This document shows, one piece after another, positions 50,218 through 63,373 of a stretch of 64,000 bases of DNA. This stretch comes from Asterionella formosa (Eukaryota). The translations under genes and the position numbers were made by a program. A model generated the notes under the pieces. The model saw only the letters and a program-made list of their open reading frames with translations, did not search any database and was not told the DNA's origin. The stretch's first letter is position 1. Every line of letters starts with the position of its first letter. Location of the stretch: contig NKIB01012851.1 of the NCBI GenBank assembly GCA_002256025.1, positions 1 through 64,000 on the forward strand. Direction: 5' to 3'.

Positions 50218-50598
50218 AATGATAATCTGTTTTTTAGCCCATTCCTAATCCCTTGTTCAAGAAGGCAAGTACTCGTTGTGCTGCCGCTGCCTGATAACAA
50301 GACCTGTGCTTCCCTAGTTTTGTTAGTGTAGTAGGTGAGTCCCCAACAAACCTTCGTGAAAGGTGATCCTCTTAGCCGCCGCGTTAGGGAACTCCTACCA
50401 TCTAGGAAGGCGGCACACGCTACTTGTAGGCGGGGGGCAAACCCACTATTTCTTGCACACCAGGCAAGACCGCGCAGGACGGTAAGGAGAGTGGGAGTCG
50501 AACCCGACAAATTTCTTCTCAAAAAAATTGCAGGAATCGAACTACTTAACTTCAGATCAAAGGCAATGTGCTAAACAAACTACCATAAGCCATTCCCT
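50218..50598 (-). mobile_element. tRNA-derived SINE, copy D
   Basis: B boxes AGTTCGATTCC and GGTTCGACTCC; shared body and tail. Confidence 0.8.
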
Positions 50599-50886
50599 AA
50601 TAATGATTATAAACTATAATATGTTTTTAGGCACTGTGACGATTTGATGGATCTGTAGGCCATTTGCTGGGCGATTATCATGCAATGGCATTTCCAAAAT
50701 TGATCTCCCAACAATCTATCTGTGAATCGCAATTTGTCACTCCTTCATCACTACACCTGTCCATCTAGCTACCCATTTGTTGCTTCTGCCTCCCCTATCC
50801 CTGCTGCTCAGTCGATTACAGCATTGTTTGAAATCTTCACCAATTGGTTCTTCCTTGCCCCCTGATTGCCGATGTCCGCCTTGCAG

Positions 50887-50946
50887 GATGTTTCTTGGAA
50901 TTTCATGACTTCAGTTGATGTTTCTTGGAATTTCATGACTTCAGTT
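50887..50946 (+). repeat. Perfect 30-bp tandem duplication
   Basis: GATGTTTCTTGGAATTTCATGACTTCAGTT x2. Confidence 0.9.
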
Positions 50947-51104
50947 TTCTTGCAAATCAACCCATTCCTCGTATTATCTTTATAGCTGCTTCCGCAAGAA
51001 AGAGGAGGTAAGAAATGGAAAACTGGAGTGAGACTCTGGTGGAAAAAATGTGCTTCATTATCCGGTCTGCTGGTTATCACTTACTGTTTGGGGGGGTGGG
51101 GGGG

Positions 51105-51710
51105 GGTACCTCGGTTGTTTGCCACATGAGGGACAATGGGAACAATTCCCTTAACTCCAAGCTGATACCTAAACCCAATAATCAACCGGTCTGATGTTGT
51201 GATACAGCATCAAACAATACAAACAAGACGATGACAAGGAGGTTGACAAGGACAACAAGGACAATGATTCAGGTGATGTGTGATGATGGGATATTTAAGG
51301 TGCATGATCTTGCATTGATCCCTGTGCATATGTGCTAACTATCTTTACCGCGTTTTTCTTAGAGGAGACTAAGTCTATGAAGGTTTCTATATGAGAATAT
51401 ACAAGTGATGAATCTCCGAAATTATGAAATTGCCACGATTTTCGATTTTCGACTTCTTCATCTCTTATCAAATCTTGGTAGCATTCCAGACTCAAGCTTT
51501 GTTGTAATATGAGATTTGCAGAATGATGAAGATGTTGAAATCGAAATGACAGGCAGCATTCAACCCATTATTTCACTTTGGTTGATCAGCATCATGAAAA
51601 CAATACTAATTTAGCTGAAAAAACACTAGACTGATTAGGATTCTTTTTACAATGACTTTCAACTGCCCATTTAATCAACAAACATTTGAGGCAGAAAAGG
51701 TTGCTTGTGA
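51105..51710. repeat. Second copy of the 11885-12450 dispersed repeat
   Basis: Collinear shared blocks; the right hairpin arm is largely absent. Confidence 0.8.
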
Positions 51711-51975
51711 ATTAATCAAACTCTCAAAATTGGGAGAGGAGTTAGGGATTACCAGTAGCAGCCTTACAAATATAAAAAATAAAGGCCAATCTGCTTACTG
51801 TTTTTTCATGAGAAACTAAGTTAAATGTGATGAGTATTACCGGTACCTGGTACCTACTACTCATTACTCGCCCATCATCAAAATGTTACGATAAGTATGC
51901 ATGGCATCTCCGATGAGCACCACATTTTCAACCATAATGGTGTTTTTGTCATCATGAACACCACCTCGCAACAGC

Positions 51976-53865
51976 ATGTCTCGTCCAAATGGCCTCCATC
52001 AGCGACGATCATTACGTTGCAATGATAATAATGATGTTTCTCTCGAAAGCCACACGAAGCACTGCGACAAGGAATCACAATCCCTGATAGAAGGACCGCC
52101 CAAACGAGTCCATCCATTGTCACTTCTTCGTTCATCGGTAGCAGCACTCTGTCACATCGCATCCATTGCTACGATTCTCTTGGGCTTGTACCATCGAGCT
52201 CAACTCCATAATGGATCTGATTGTGAAATGACGTACTCGCAGCGGCGCTTTATTCTTGTGCCAACACTCAGTCGTCACCCGCTCTACCAACTATACCAGT
52301 TCCAAGACGAGCGACTTCTGAACAGCAACAATATCCGATCCACCTATTCAAATCATACAAATGTCTTGTACATACCCGGGCACTGGGGCAGTTACACTCA
52401 ATGCCGATCGTTAGGGGCCCATGGAGTGCACCTCACTCGGAATACGAACTATAATTTCCGATCACGAGAAAATGGTGCACCACTTCCATTATTTAACACC
52501 TATGCCATTGATTGGAAGGATCAAGGAAGTGGATGGCATGGGAGCTTGCTGATGGCACAACGAGAATATCTTCAAACGATTCTTGCAGAACTTAATGTTT
52601 CAGTCATTGTTGGACACAGTTTGGGAGGATTGGTGGCTGCTCGAACACACTCCTCGTCGGACATTATTACCTTGGCAACGCCTCATAAGGGCATCCCATA
52701 CACATTTGAAAAATCAGTACATACGTTTTACCAACAGCCAACTTCAAATAACAGACTGCTCCTTTCCATATCTGGAGGGTGGAAAGATGAAATGATACCA
52801 CCAGCCTTGTGTGAGGTTGAGTCAACGCCCATAACAGGGACCGTTCAAGCAAGTGTCATTATGACAACACAAATGCGAAACAAAGATGGCCTTGGTATGG
52901 ATCACAAAGCAATTGTTTGGTGTCACAATCTATTATCCGTGGTTACAAGGACTATTACTCAACTCGCTCAAGAGAAGACCAACGGAATGCCATTGCAAGA
53001 TCGACTGAGGAATCTCAAGCTGATACCTACAAACCAGTCCTACTTTTCTACGGTGACACAACAAAAGAAAAATTACAGTCAACAGCATGGTAATTGGAAA
53101 TTATTTATAGTGGAGTCCGCAATGATATATCATGCGGAATTATTACTAGGACTCTTGGCCATGAATTCTGGCTTCCGACACGGGCTACACCACAATGACG
53201 GCTCAAAACGTCCATTTGTTCCCATAATCGCCGCCATTTTGGCGTTCGGTTGTACCAATCATGATATATCCTTTGGAGCAATCTTGGTATTATCGTTTGC
53301 CGCAAGTACTGTCCTTTCCATGACTTTAAGTCTATTGCAATGGCTGAAAAACAAAAGGATGGTGGTTGTAGTATTGGCTAGCATCCCAACATTGGCAATT
53401 TTGGGATATCGAATATCTTTCTTTAGGGTGCCATCATCCATCGTTTGTGAAGCTGGTTTGACTCTTTCTTATATTGTATGGATGGCATCCATCATGAGTC
53501 GCTGTACATGTTTGGATGCTTTGATTATCATTAGTCTCCCATGTTTGGTCATTGGAAAGGGTGTAGCCTATTATTATTGGTTCGTTCAACACCAAGAATT
53601 ACAAGGCCTACCAGAAGACATGATTCAATTTGTTGGTATTGTAATAATTCCAATCGGAATTCGTCAACTGATATTTACCATCAGAAACAATGACAGCACC
53701 TTTTATGGGATAATGGGTATTGTTGCATTTGGTGTGATTGTAGTGGCATTTGCCATGCTTGGTGAATTGCTTCACGTGGGAGGTGGATTTCACGTTGGAT
53801 ACTTGACAAGCGCCCTTGCTCTCGTGGATATTTTCGTTTCTATCAGAGGAGGTATCACAAAGTAA
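51976..53865 (+). CDS. PGAP1: GPI inositol-deacylase (PGAP1/Bst1-like)
   Basis: N-terminal TM, CEMTY, LYIPGHWGSYTQCRS, GHSLGG, ITLATPH, DHKAIVWC, C-terminal TM helices. Confidence 0.88.
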   Translation: MSRPNGLHQRRSLRCNDNNDVSLESHTKHCDKESQSLIEGPPKRVHPLSLLRSSVAALCHIASIATILLGLYHRAQLHNGSDCEMTYSQRRFILVPTLSRHPLYQLYQFQDERLLNSNNIRSTYSNHTNVLYIPGHWGSYTQCRSLGAHGVHLTRNTNYNFRSRENGAPLPLFNTYAIDWKDQGSGWHGSLLMAQREYLQTILAELNVSVIVGHSLGGLVAARTHSSSDIITLATPHKGIPYTFEKSVHTFYQQPTSNNRLLLSISGGWKDEMIPPALCEVESTPITGTVQASVIMTTQMRNKDGLGMDHKAIVWCHNLLSVVTRTITQLAQEKTNGMPLQDRLRNLKLIPTNQSYFSTVTQQKKNYSQQHGNWKLFIVESAMIYHAELLLGLLAMNSGFRHGLHHNDGSKRPFVPIIAAILAFGCTNHDISFGAILVLSFAASTVLSMTLSLLQWLKNKRMVVVVLASIPTLAILGYRISFFRVPSSIVCEAGLTLSYIVWMASIMSRCTCLDALIIISLPCLVIGKGVAYYYWFVQHQELQGLPEDMIQFVGIVIIPIGIRQLIFTIRNNDSTFYGIMGIVAFGVIVVAFAMLGELLHVGGGFHVGYLTSALALVDIFVSIRGGITK

Positions 53866-54001
53866 ATTGTGATTCTATAAGTCCCATTGTAGTCGATAGT
53901 AGCTATAGTCATATACATCGATCATGTGCAGTTTATAAACCGTACGCAACAAATAATTTTTTTCGATGTACATGCTCGATTCTGTCGCCATGTGTTTTGC
54001 G

Positions 54002-55108
54002 CTATGACATATTAGTATTCGTGGCTGTAATGGTTGGAGTCACGGTCACTATGTGATTAGGGTGCAAGGGGTCGTCAATCCCTTTCATCATTGAGTTTTG
54101 ACCTACGACATTACATCCCATGTTAAGCATATCTCCCACTTCCTTATCTGTCCCCAATCGAAAAGCGCCCCATAACTCTTGTTCTTCTAAACGTTTTCGC
54201 CGAATGGTGGCGGTTGTCATGAGTATAACAAGTATCGACAACGTTCCACAAAACAATCCAACTCCAGCCCATTTTCGTGATGTTGCTTCAGTGTCAATTT
54301 GGTCAAAGAAAGCAGTGGATACTACATCTGTTGATAATGATCCAGAATTGACATCAATGGCATAGATTTCAGGTGCTTCGGAATGTACTAAAAGGAAAAA
54401 GTCTCCCGATGTCACGACATTGTCAATCGTCAGCATCAAAGTTTTCTGCACACTAGTAGATGTTTCTGAAATTGTTTCAAATGCAGTTTGAACCAGCCAC
54501 CAATCCACTTGGAGTTGATGTTGCAGCAAGCGCATCATGGATCGGTGTGGAGTGAACCGTAGGAATATTAATTCTTGTTGGAGCGCTCGCCCATGGAGTG
54601 TAAACGATTCGTTGACAATGGCGTACATAGTCGTCGAAATGAGATCACGATAAAAATTCGGATTGTCTCGATCTGGTAAAATAAGAGGAAGAGCCATTTG
54701 GATGGAACAATAAATGGTACGCAGTGAAAGTGGATCTCGTCCAACTATTTCCGTTCCGTTCTGCTTGACTGCCGCATCTCCCTGTGGACCATATTCCTCT
54801 TCGCAATCATCATGCTCGAAGTCATCATTCGGCAGGTGCTGCCCCGTTAAATCTCCATTAGAAGGTGGCGTCCATTCGGGTCCAGTATAATTCCATTGGA
54901 CTGCGTTGGCGGTTCGACGATTGCACGGTGATGATGATGCATTGTAGGAGGATATCCATGACGTTGTTCCATTGCTGGTTGTTGTTCGCCTTCTCCTTCT
55001 TAGTGCGACGTGGTTGCTGCTGATAGATAATGTTGCATGCAGCGACAGAAAGCAACCAATTACCAGCAGTCGGAAATGTATTACTTGGCTTGATGAAGGT
55101 GGCAGCAT
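54002..55108 (-). CDS. Hypothetical single-pass membrane protein
   Basis: 368-aa ORF with a signal-like N-terminus and one TM helix followed by RRKR; no recognised domain. Confidence 0.6.
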   Translation of the reverse strand: MLPPSSSQVIHFRLLVIGCFLSLHATLSISSNHVALRRRRRTTTSNGTTSWISSYNASSSPCNRRTANAVQWNYTGPEWTPPSNGDLTGQHLPNDDFEHDDCEEEYGPQGDAAVKQNGTEIVGRDPLSLRTIYCSIQMALPLILPDRDNPNFYRDLISTTMYAIVNESFTLHGRALQQELIFLRFTPHRSMMRLLQHQLQVDWWLVQTAFETISETSTSVQKTLMLTIDNVVTSGDFFLLVHSEAPEIYAIDVNSGSLSTDVVSTAFFDQIDTEATSRKWAGVGLFCGTLSILVILMTTATIRRKRLEEQELWGAFRLGTDKEVGDMLNMGCNVVGQNSMMKGIDDPLHPNHIVTVTPTITATNTNMS

Positions 55109-55699
55109 TATAAAACGTACTCCGTAAAATGCAATTTTGTCCCAAAATAAAGCCTGCAGTATAGCAGTATCACCGACCTATTCTTATGGTTTCAAGTACT
55201 TTACTGTACACCGCCAGTACCTAGTAGTTTTCCATCCTACTTCATATATATGATCAAAGCATGCATCCTCGTCAACTTTTGTTGTGACATTCAGCTGAGC
55301 GACAAATCTGTATTTGTGCTACATACTTAGAGCTTATGTAATAGTCTTCCCGCATGCACAAAATAGTGGTTGACGATTTGTATCAGCATTTGCATGCCTA
55401 GACTACTAATCCCTTGTGCTGCATCCTCTGCATGGGCGGTGATCATTGCTGCGAAGCAAATTTCCCACTGCCTTGCTTTAACAAGCAAAAGGAGTACCAA
55501 AACACAATGAAACCTCTTTGTTTACGATAGAAGTGGTTGAGTATATCACAAAGAAGAAGCAAAATTTTTGCAGTATTAAACATGAATTGTCTCCTCAGTT
55601 GCTTTATATTTTCTCTGGTAATAATCCATTTCTTTCAAGCAAGTGTTGCTTTCCCTATATGCGAAATTTTGTAGTCATGGTGCTTCACTGCCTAATTAT

Positions 55700-56520
55700 T
55701 CTCTCCTTGAGAATTTTTGAATAGTTGGAAAAGAACAATTCAATTTCATTGGTTCAAAAGATTGATAGGCAGCATGAAATGCCTACACCGAACTATCCAT
55801 ATCATGATTATCATTCTTCACTGAATCCCAAAGTGCTTGAAAGAAACTGAGATTGTTTACATTCATGTCTGGTGAGTGAGTTTGCTGGTTGTCCTGTTAT
55901 CTTGAAATCTCATCCATCCAGTGCATCTACAACGGCAGGGGCTATAAGCAATTGCTTCCGAAATGATTCTTTGTGTTGTCATGTTGTATGTTTACTGTCT
56001 TGTTGCCATCAGTTTCGACCGCCCACTTCTCCTGAAGAGCTGGTAATATTGGTTAATTAGTTTGTCTGTGTACATCTGCTTTGTACTGCTAAATTCATTG
56101 TAATCAGTCTCCCTGGTGACCTCCTCCTGTTTATCGAATTCCTAGCTACGAGCCAGCGTTTTCTGAACAAAGGGGGCCGGATAACGATTTTACAATCGAA
56201 ATTATTTACACAATTTTCGTCAAACCTCAGACGCCCAACAGCTGATAGAAACATTAATTTCTCCATATGATCCTTGTGCTTCATCCTACAAAAGGATCCC
56301 CTCTCCTCCTGTGCCAAATAAACTCTCTGTTTAACAACCTGTACATGAAACCAATCATTTTCGTCCGCATGATGTTGATTGTAAAATCCATCATAAACCC
56401 AAACTTACCTTGGTCAAAAGGCAGCACTTCAGGTGAAGGATGAATTTGATCTGGGTGATTCAATTTTAGATAGCTAATTAATACAATATAAAAGCCCACT
56501 ATTCTTGCATTCCTGTCAAC
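55700..56520 (-). pseudogene. Mariner (plant/oomycete DD39D-like) transposase pseudogene
   Basis: KLMFLSAVGRLRFD...FDCKI, ARNSINR..G.L.T, QQD and QPANS..PDMNVNNLSFFQ fragments with frameshifts. Confidence 0.8.
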
Positions 56521-57309
56521 TTTGGAATATCAAAAGAAAAATATATATATATATGAGGTTTTCTTGGGGAATACTAGCTTAGTTGGCTAGCTCACCTTAC
56601 GAGATGGCGGGTTCGTCTCCACCTGCTTTGTTTATGTAGTGAGGCAGACAACAAGCAGGTCTAAGGCCCTCTGGCCCTCTAGGGGGCCAAGTGCGACTTC
56701 ACAACCTCCACAATTGTCGAGTTCTTCAACAATAGCGTACTTTAAAATTTGCTTAATAATTTTATATGAGGTTTTATCTTATCCCCCTGTCGATTGCCTT
56801 TTGTAATTGAATATTCTGTAATTGCGAGCTTTAGATACATGGTGCACTTGCAAGGAATTTCGTTTTTACCGGAAATTACCTCCCCAGAATTTTATTTCTT
56901 CTGCTGCTGGTCAGTCCTGGTACATTTGCAAGCAAATTTGTCACTATCATCCTCCTAATAGTACGAGGCGAGCAAATGATTCAATGTACATTGTGCAGTA
57001 GTAGTCTTATTCATGATATCTAACCTCTGTGAAAAGAAGAATTTAAGTGTTCCTGAATGAGCCGACCATCCCTCTCTATTTCGTCACTGCCAACAGGTCC
57101 GCATCTGCAAAACATAATAGAGAAAAATTTGATGCCTTCTACTGACAAAATACTCTTGCTATGCTTGTTAAGAGTGCTGAGTGGTGGCATTATAGGAGCA
57201 GGGGGGGGGGGGGGGGTTTGTTTTGTTTTTTGCGAACCTGACGATGAAAAAGACCTGTCATCATCCACTGATTCTTCCGAAGATTTCAAGAAACTCTTGA
57301 AATCTTTGT

Positions 57310-57319
57310 NNNNNNNNNN
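57310..57319. other. Assembly gap (10 N)
   Basis: Run of N with poly-G tracts nearby. Confidence 1.
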
Positions 57320-59848
57320 GGGGGGGGTTCATGCATCTACAATCGAAAAAGCCCAAAATTATTATCTTTGAAACATAGTCGTCGATTTTGAATCTACTTC
57401 ATATTTATATGCATATATTTAATGCATTGATCGGTAGCTTTTCGGATGGTGCACACTAGGGCAATTGATCCGGAGAAATTCGTAGAAGTCAACCTGGGAA
57501 ATTTTAAGAGTCATGGCAGTTGCTTTTTCAAGTAAGCTGATCCTCACTTAGAGATATAGTATGTTTACTACAGAATCCATCCTAAATACCAGTTGTTTGG
57601 CACTTGAGTCACTGCAAATTGCAAAAGACTACTTTCTCCCAGAGAGAGTACCAGGGAGTATCTGTTATTTAAAAATAGATTACATCTAGTACTACTATGT
57701 ACCAATACTTCCTCTTTGTTCCATATGATTGTTGCCTACAAGTCCAGCCACTTTATTTTTGATGGTACAAAAAGAACCCCCTGTAGTTTGGTATGCGAAA
57801 GAAACATATGAACAGATGAATGTCCTGTTTCAAGCATGACTGCTGTCCAGCCAAGCAATGGGCATCCAAAAACTTGTTTATGATCATGATCATTTAAGTC
57901 ATTGTTGGGTAGATTCTCCATGGTGCATCAGAATAGTAACTAGACATTGTTCATGCGAAAACAATTTATTGTTTAGTTTAATGTAAGTTTTTCCATTTCC
58001 TTATTTGAGAGCTTTCCCCCCTTACCACCAAGAAGAATTCTTGTGACACGTACTCAAAAAGAACCATTTCCCACCATTTGTCTTGGATCTTTGAACAAGC
58101 CACAAGACACCAAGGTTCAACTAATTCTACACGACTTGGTACTTAGAACATTTATTATGCACACCTTTCGGTTCAGAATAATTTTAAAATAGGAAGGGTT
58201 GTTAGCCGGATAATTATTGGAGGTTTCCTAATGCATATTCGGCATCAATTACTGGTACTACATACACTTTGTATGATTTCTACTATGGGGCCAAACAAAT
58301 CTATTTGCGATCTAAATAAATATATGATAATAATAAGGTTTACGTAATTCATGAATGCGTACATATGCCTGTATACTCCGAGGTCGTCGTAAACCGCTAT
58401 TTTGTCCAAAAAGGTCGATCTGTTCGACACTTTCACATATAAATATTGATTACACAAATGTTCAGTGTACCTGGTACCTGGTACTGTAGCTCTTTCATTC
58501 ATAGAGAAGCGCTACGTGCTCAGCTACAGATTGATCGTTTCAGATTTGTAAACTATCAGAAATTCGTGACTAAAAGAGTTATTCTACGTATGGAGGTTCA
58601 AAGCGGTAATAATAATTTCGATGGAGGTTCAAAGCAGTTTTTATTAGGAGGTATATGGTCCCATGGCACCTGGTACCTGGTAACCTCTTCCATTCTACAT
58701 AGAGTCGACATAAATCTGTCGATTTCTATTGGCCCACATGATCATCATGCTGCTACTGAAGTACTCCTACAAATGATCCAGACAACCATTGATTCCATCC
58801 ACAAAAGAACGTGACTAGGTACCGGTACACGCACTTTTGTAGTTAGCAAGTACCAGTACTGGTAGACCACTTACAAGCATACTGCCCTTCGTTGAGTGCC
58901 TGGTACTGGTACCAGCGCAACTGTATGTAGGCGCACACACATAAAATCTAGCAGAAGGAGTTTGCTTTGCTTGACTAATACCGGTACCGGTATACCAGAA
59001 CCTGGTACCTGGTACTCCTGCCAGGTATCCTACCAGCCGGTAATCATACCGGTCAGAGCAGCTGCTAGACTGACTGCCTATCACCGGCACTAAAATTATC
59101 AAATGGTGTTGTGTTTTCTTGTTATTTCTATCATAGAGGTGATGTGGCAGAAATGAGAACTTGGGATGTGCGTGGCATCCAATATCACAAATATTGGACA
59201 ACTATACATCAGATACGCAGACATGTACTCCGTACAACAGTTCCACTACCTGGAACCAGGTATCATGTAGAGTACAAGTTCAGGTACTTGTAGGTAGCGG
59301 AGTCGTGATCCTGCATGTTCAAATTAGTATGGTGGAAACGTGTTGATCATACGCTACCCGGTAGGTACAGGGGTACCTGTTACATAAAAAGACGACTACC
59401 GGTATGTTACATTTAGCTTCAGATATCAGACCAACTGCATAGTACGTGTATATATATATACATGCATAGCAGCATGTAAGAATACACGCAGTGGTGGTCT
59501 GCGTGACGGAGGAGTATCTGTGATCTGTGCGCTAAATTTTATACATTCACGTACAAACTCGAGTAGAGTGTACATAACCGTGGCTACGACCGGTTTAGGC
59601 AGTGAATGACTTTTCAGGCGGTTCTCACGAGGGCATTCTTCGAAACTCAATCAAGGCAGTCGCAATTCTCTATAGGTAGTATTACGATCTCGACAACAGT
59701 GTCAGCTCAGCTTCTGACGGAACCATTGTGCAAGAAGGGTCTGGATCAGGAAGTGATACCTAAACAGCGTCACTGACTGAGGAGTGTGGAGAATCAGCAA
59801 CTCCAGCATTACTTCATCGGGAAAAGCAAAATCATTATCATCATCCTC

Positions 59849-62800
59849 ATGTCATCGTCTATCAGTTCAGGGCATACAATAAGCGACGATGGGAGTAGTT
59901 CTCTCAGGTCGTCGTCGCTGTCGATGAATGAAGCCTACCGACGTTTGGGTCATAAGTTGAGTCAACGCGCTTGTGGTGTCAAAGGCAGTAACCAAGTACG
60001 GAGATCTCAATGGTTATCGATAGCACCCACCTCGGCCTTTTCTCGATATTCGGCGTTTGCTGCGACGTTGAATGCGGAGGTGAGTTTGGCCCTATGTGTG
60101 TTTGTGTGTGTCGATCTTGTTCCAGGCTCCGATCTACTTCTAACTATTATGCAAACCCCGATGCAATCCAAACATCCCAGTCCTTCGATCGCAACACAAA
60201 GGTTGCCAAGACAAAGTACACGGATCACGGTGAGCATCAAAAGAAATCAACGTCGATTCTTAGTAGATTGACATATCTCGGAAAGCAAACCTTTTCGCGC
60301 CTCGAACAACAACACAAGGCAAGTCAGCCTCTGCATACGATTTCACCACAAAAGGCGGGCATGAAGCGCCTCTCTCCCACCCCACCACCTCACCGAAGCG
60401 GCGGATATGATGCAACCACCAAACCAGAATCCGGGGAAACCAGCCGAGGTCTGTTGGGATCCTTAATGGAACACTCATTAACATCGCCAACTTGCAAGAA
60501 ATGTCTCACTGCTCCTGCAGATCCAGTATCAGAAAACAGCGGACGTGACAATGTCGAAGGCAACCTCATTGTCTTTGAAGGCGATATCATTACAGCAACC
60601 AGCACCCTACAGACACTTCAGGGGACACCGAAGCAATCACTCCGTGTCATTTCATTGCTGGGTCAAGGAACATTTGCTCAAGTCTTTTTATGTCAATGTC
60701 TAGATTCCGGGGATAAGATTGCTCTCAAGGTGGTCAAGAACAAGCAAGCCTATACTCAACAAGCTGCAGTAGAAATTGATGTCTTTCGGGCGTTATCAGA
60801 TTCACCGAAGAAGGAAAACATGGTACAACTCATGTGCTACTTTATGTATCATTCACATTTATGCCTTGTCTTTGAACTATTGGGGCTGAACCTATATGAA
60901 ATTCTCAAGCGACGGCAATTTAGAGGTCTTGGCTTAACGACGGTCAGAACTTTGTTGGGTCAGGCCATGGAGGGTATTCAACATTTATCACAAAAACAAA
61001 TTGTTCATTGTGATTTGAAGCCAGAGAATATATTAATTGCCAGTGATGTAGAAGCAATTGTAGGTGATGGCGCACCAACGAAACAGCCAGACAACAAGGC
61101 CAGTCAGCGGGCATGTGCTCCAAAAATTAAATTGATTGACTTTGGATCAGCATGCTTTGAAGGTCACACATCACATACGTATATACAATCCAGGTTCTAT
61201 CGCTCTCCAGAAGTCTTAGTCGGACTTCCTTATGATTCTGCCATTGACATGTGGTCCCTGGGATGTGTTGCTGCGGAACTATTTTTGGGACTTCCTATAT
61301 TACCAGGCGTTCATGAACATGATCAATTAGGACGAATTCTGGAAATGATTGGCGATCTGCCGGATTGGATGATGGATCAAGGTTCAAAGGCACCAAAGTA
61401 TTTTGTTAAGAGATTTGCACCCGAGACTGGGATCCCCTCGAGGTCGCCGTCACTGACCAACGGGAGTTCCCCACCTCCGGCTCGATCGATATGGCGAATC
61501 AAGACACAGGCGGAATACATTCAATCGCTGTCGGCAAGTGAAATAAGGAAGAAAGGTGGACTGGCAAAGTTTGAAAAGCAACATGCGAATCGGTATTTTA
61601 AAAGGAAAAAGTTGGCAGATATTGTCATGCTCCATGGTGGACCGAAGGAAGACCAAGAACAGTTGAGTCTCTTCGTTCACTTTCTTAAAGGAATTCTTGA
61701 TCCTGATCCTTGGAAGCGGTGGACTGCGTTTCAAGCAATTCAACATCCATTTATTACGGGGGTACAGCCGACGCGGAAATCAGATAATGCCAATGCCATT
61801 TTTTGGGACCCTCCATGGGATCCATCAATTTGCGGTCGCAAATTATTGAAGGTTCAAAAAATGAGAGAAAGGCAACCGGCACTGCGGCGATCTTTGGGCA
61901 ACGCTAGAAACTCGCCACAACAACTGGGTTTGGACAATAGTGAGGAGGTCGGACACGATAATATGGCATTTCATCGAATGGAACCGGCGAGTCCCTGTAT
62001 AAGTGGGTACGTGATCTTGCCGGGAGACATGCGAGCAGGGCGTCATTCTAGTGCACTTACCTTTCTTTGTTGTCTTCTTGTATAAAAATACTAGTACGTC
62101 GCGAGTCACAGCCATGACGGATGCCATGTCGTTAAGTCGGCAGTCCAACTCTTTGACAGTAACCGATCGAACTTCTTCCCCCTCGTATCTTGGTTTTTCG
62201 ACATCATCCAACTTGACATCACAATCACAACAATTATATCCGAATCCACCAAAAACATTGGATGGAGGTTTGCATGAAAGTTTGGGAAGCGCCGGTCACG
62301 TGAATGGTAGCGCACAGTATATGACTGCGTCAAGTTTGGGTGACTATTCGCCTCAACACTCCATGCCTAACATGGCAATGATGTCAATGCATGGCATGAG
62401 TTACGGAGAAACAGCTAATCATCAAGCGCAGTTGCAAATGCATATGTTGGCGTCGGCTCGGTCCTATGGAGGTGGGATGAGTTACGATGGACTTGCAGTT
62501 CCAGTTGACGCTGACTTTGCGTATGCCTTACAACGTCCAGGAGTTGTACCGGGTGCCGAGTTGTCTGGTTCTTATTCCAGTATTAACCAGCAGTTGGCAG
62601 CCTATACTCCGCACCATAATTCGCAACAGCAGCAAGGTATCGGACTTCGACCAGGAAGTTACGGTAGACCCGGAAGCTATTTAGGAATCAGCGGTAATAG
62701 TCTTGGACGAAATTCGTCCGGAAGGAGTAGATATAACCCACAAGGGATGCCGGAATCACCCCATAGTCTCCACCGTGGAATTCAACCGAACTACCTACAC

Positions 62801-63373
62801 AACGCCCCCACATCAATTCGAGAAGATGGGTCGGACTATCAACTCGGTCAAAGTTTGAGGAGTGGTGGATCGTCTGTCGCATCTGGTAGTAGCTTGCTAT
62901 CACAGCAGTTGGAAGCTCAACATCAACATCAGCAGCAACTACATCAGCAACAGCAAGAGTCCAATATGCGAGATGCCATTTACGCATCACAAAGCCGGTT
63001 GCAAGTCGACGTTGGTCGTCAACACCATGCTCAGCAAGTCTCTTCCATACATAAAATGTACGGCGGGGCTCAGCAGGGAACCATGTATCCTCCACAAAAT
63101 GTATATTATGGAGGTGCCTATGTTTCTGGTGCGCCACTTCAACATGTGATGGCTCCTGCCAGCTTGTCGCATATATCCTACAGCACACCCGGCTATGAGA
63201 ACCATACGACGTATGGAGCTCCGTCCCAGATTCAAGGAGGTCCTATATATAGTGGCGCTCCGGCCTTTCTTGCACCACCCACGTTCGAAGAATTGGAACG
63301 AGCTCAAAAGATGAAACAGCAACTATATCAAGGCCATTTGCAAAATGCTGCCTATGGTGGTCTAAGTATGTAA
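59849..63373 (+). CDS. YAK1: YAK1/HIPK-like DYRK-family dual-specificity kinase; exons 59849-60079, 60181-62006, 62095-63373
   Basis: LGQGTFAQV, HCDLKPENIL, IDFGSA, TYIQSRFYRSPEV, AELFLGLP; long S/Q/G-rich tail; two GT-AG introns restore the frame. Confidence 0.88.

Noticed and set aside
56700..57371. ORF fragments around the assembly gap
   Set aside because: Broken by stops, poly-G and Ns; no family could be assigned
60010..60180. ORF-track N-terminus of the kinase
   Set aside because: Largely intron 60080-60180; the upstream exon is in another frame
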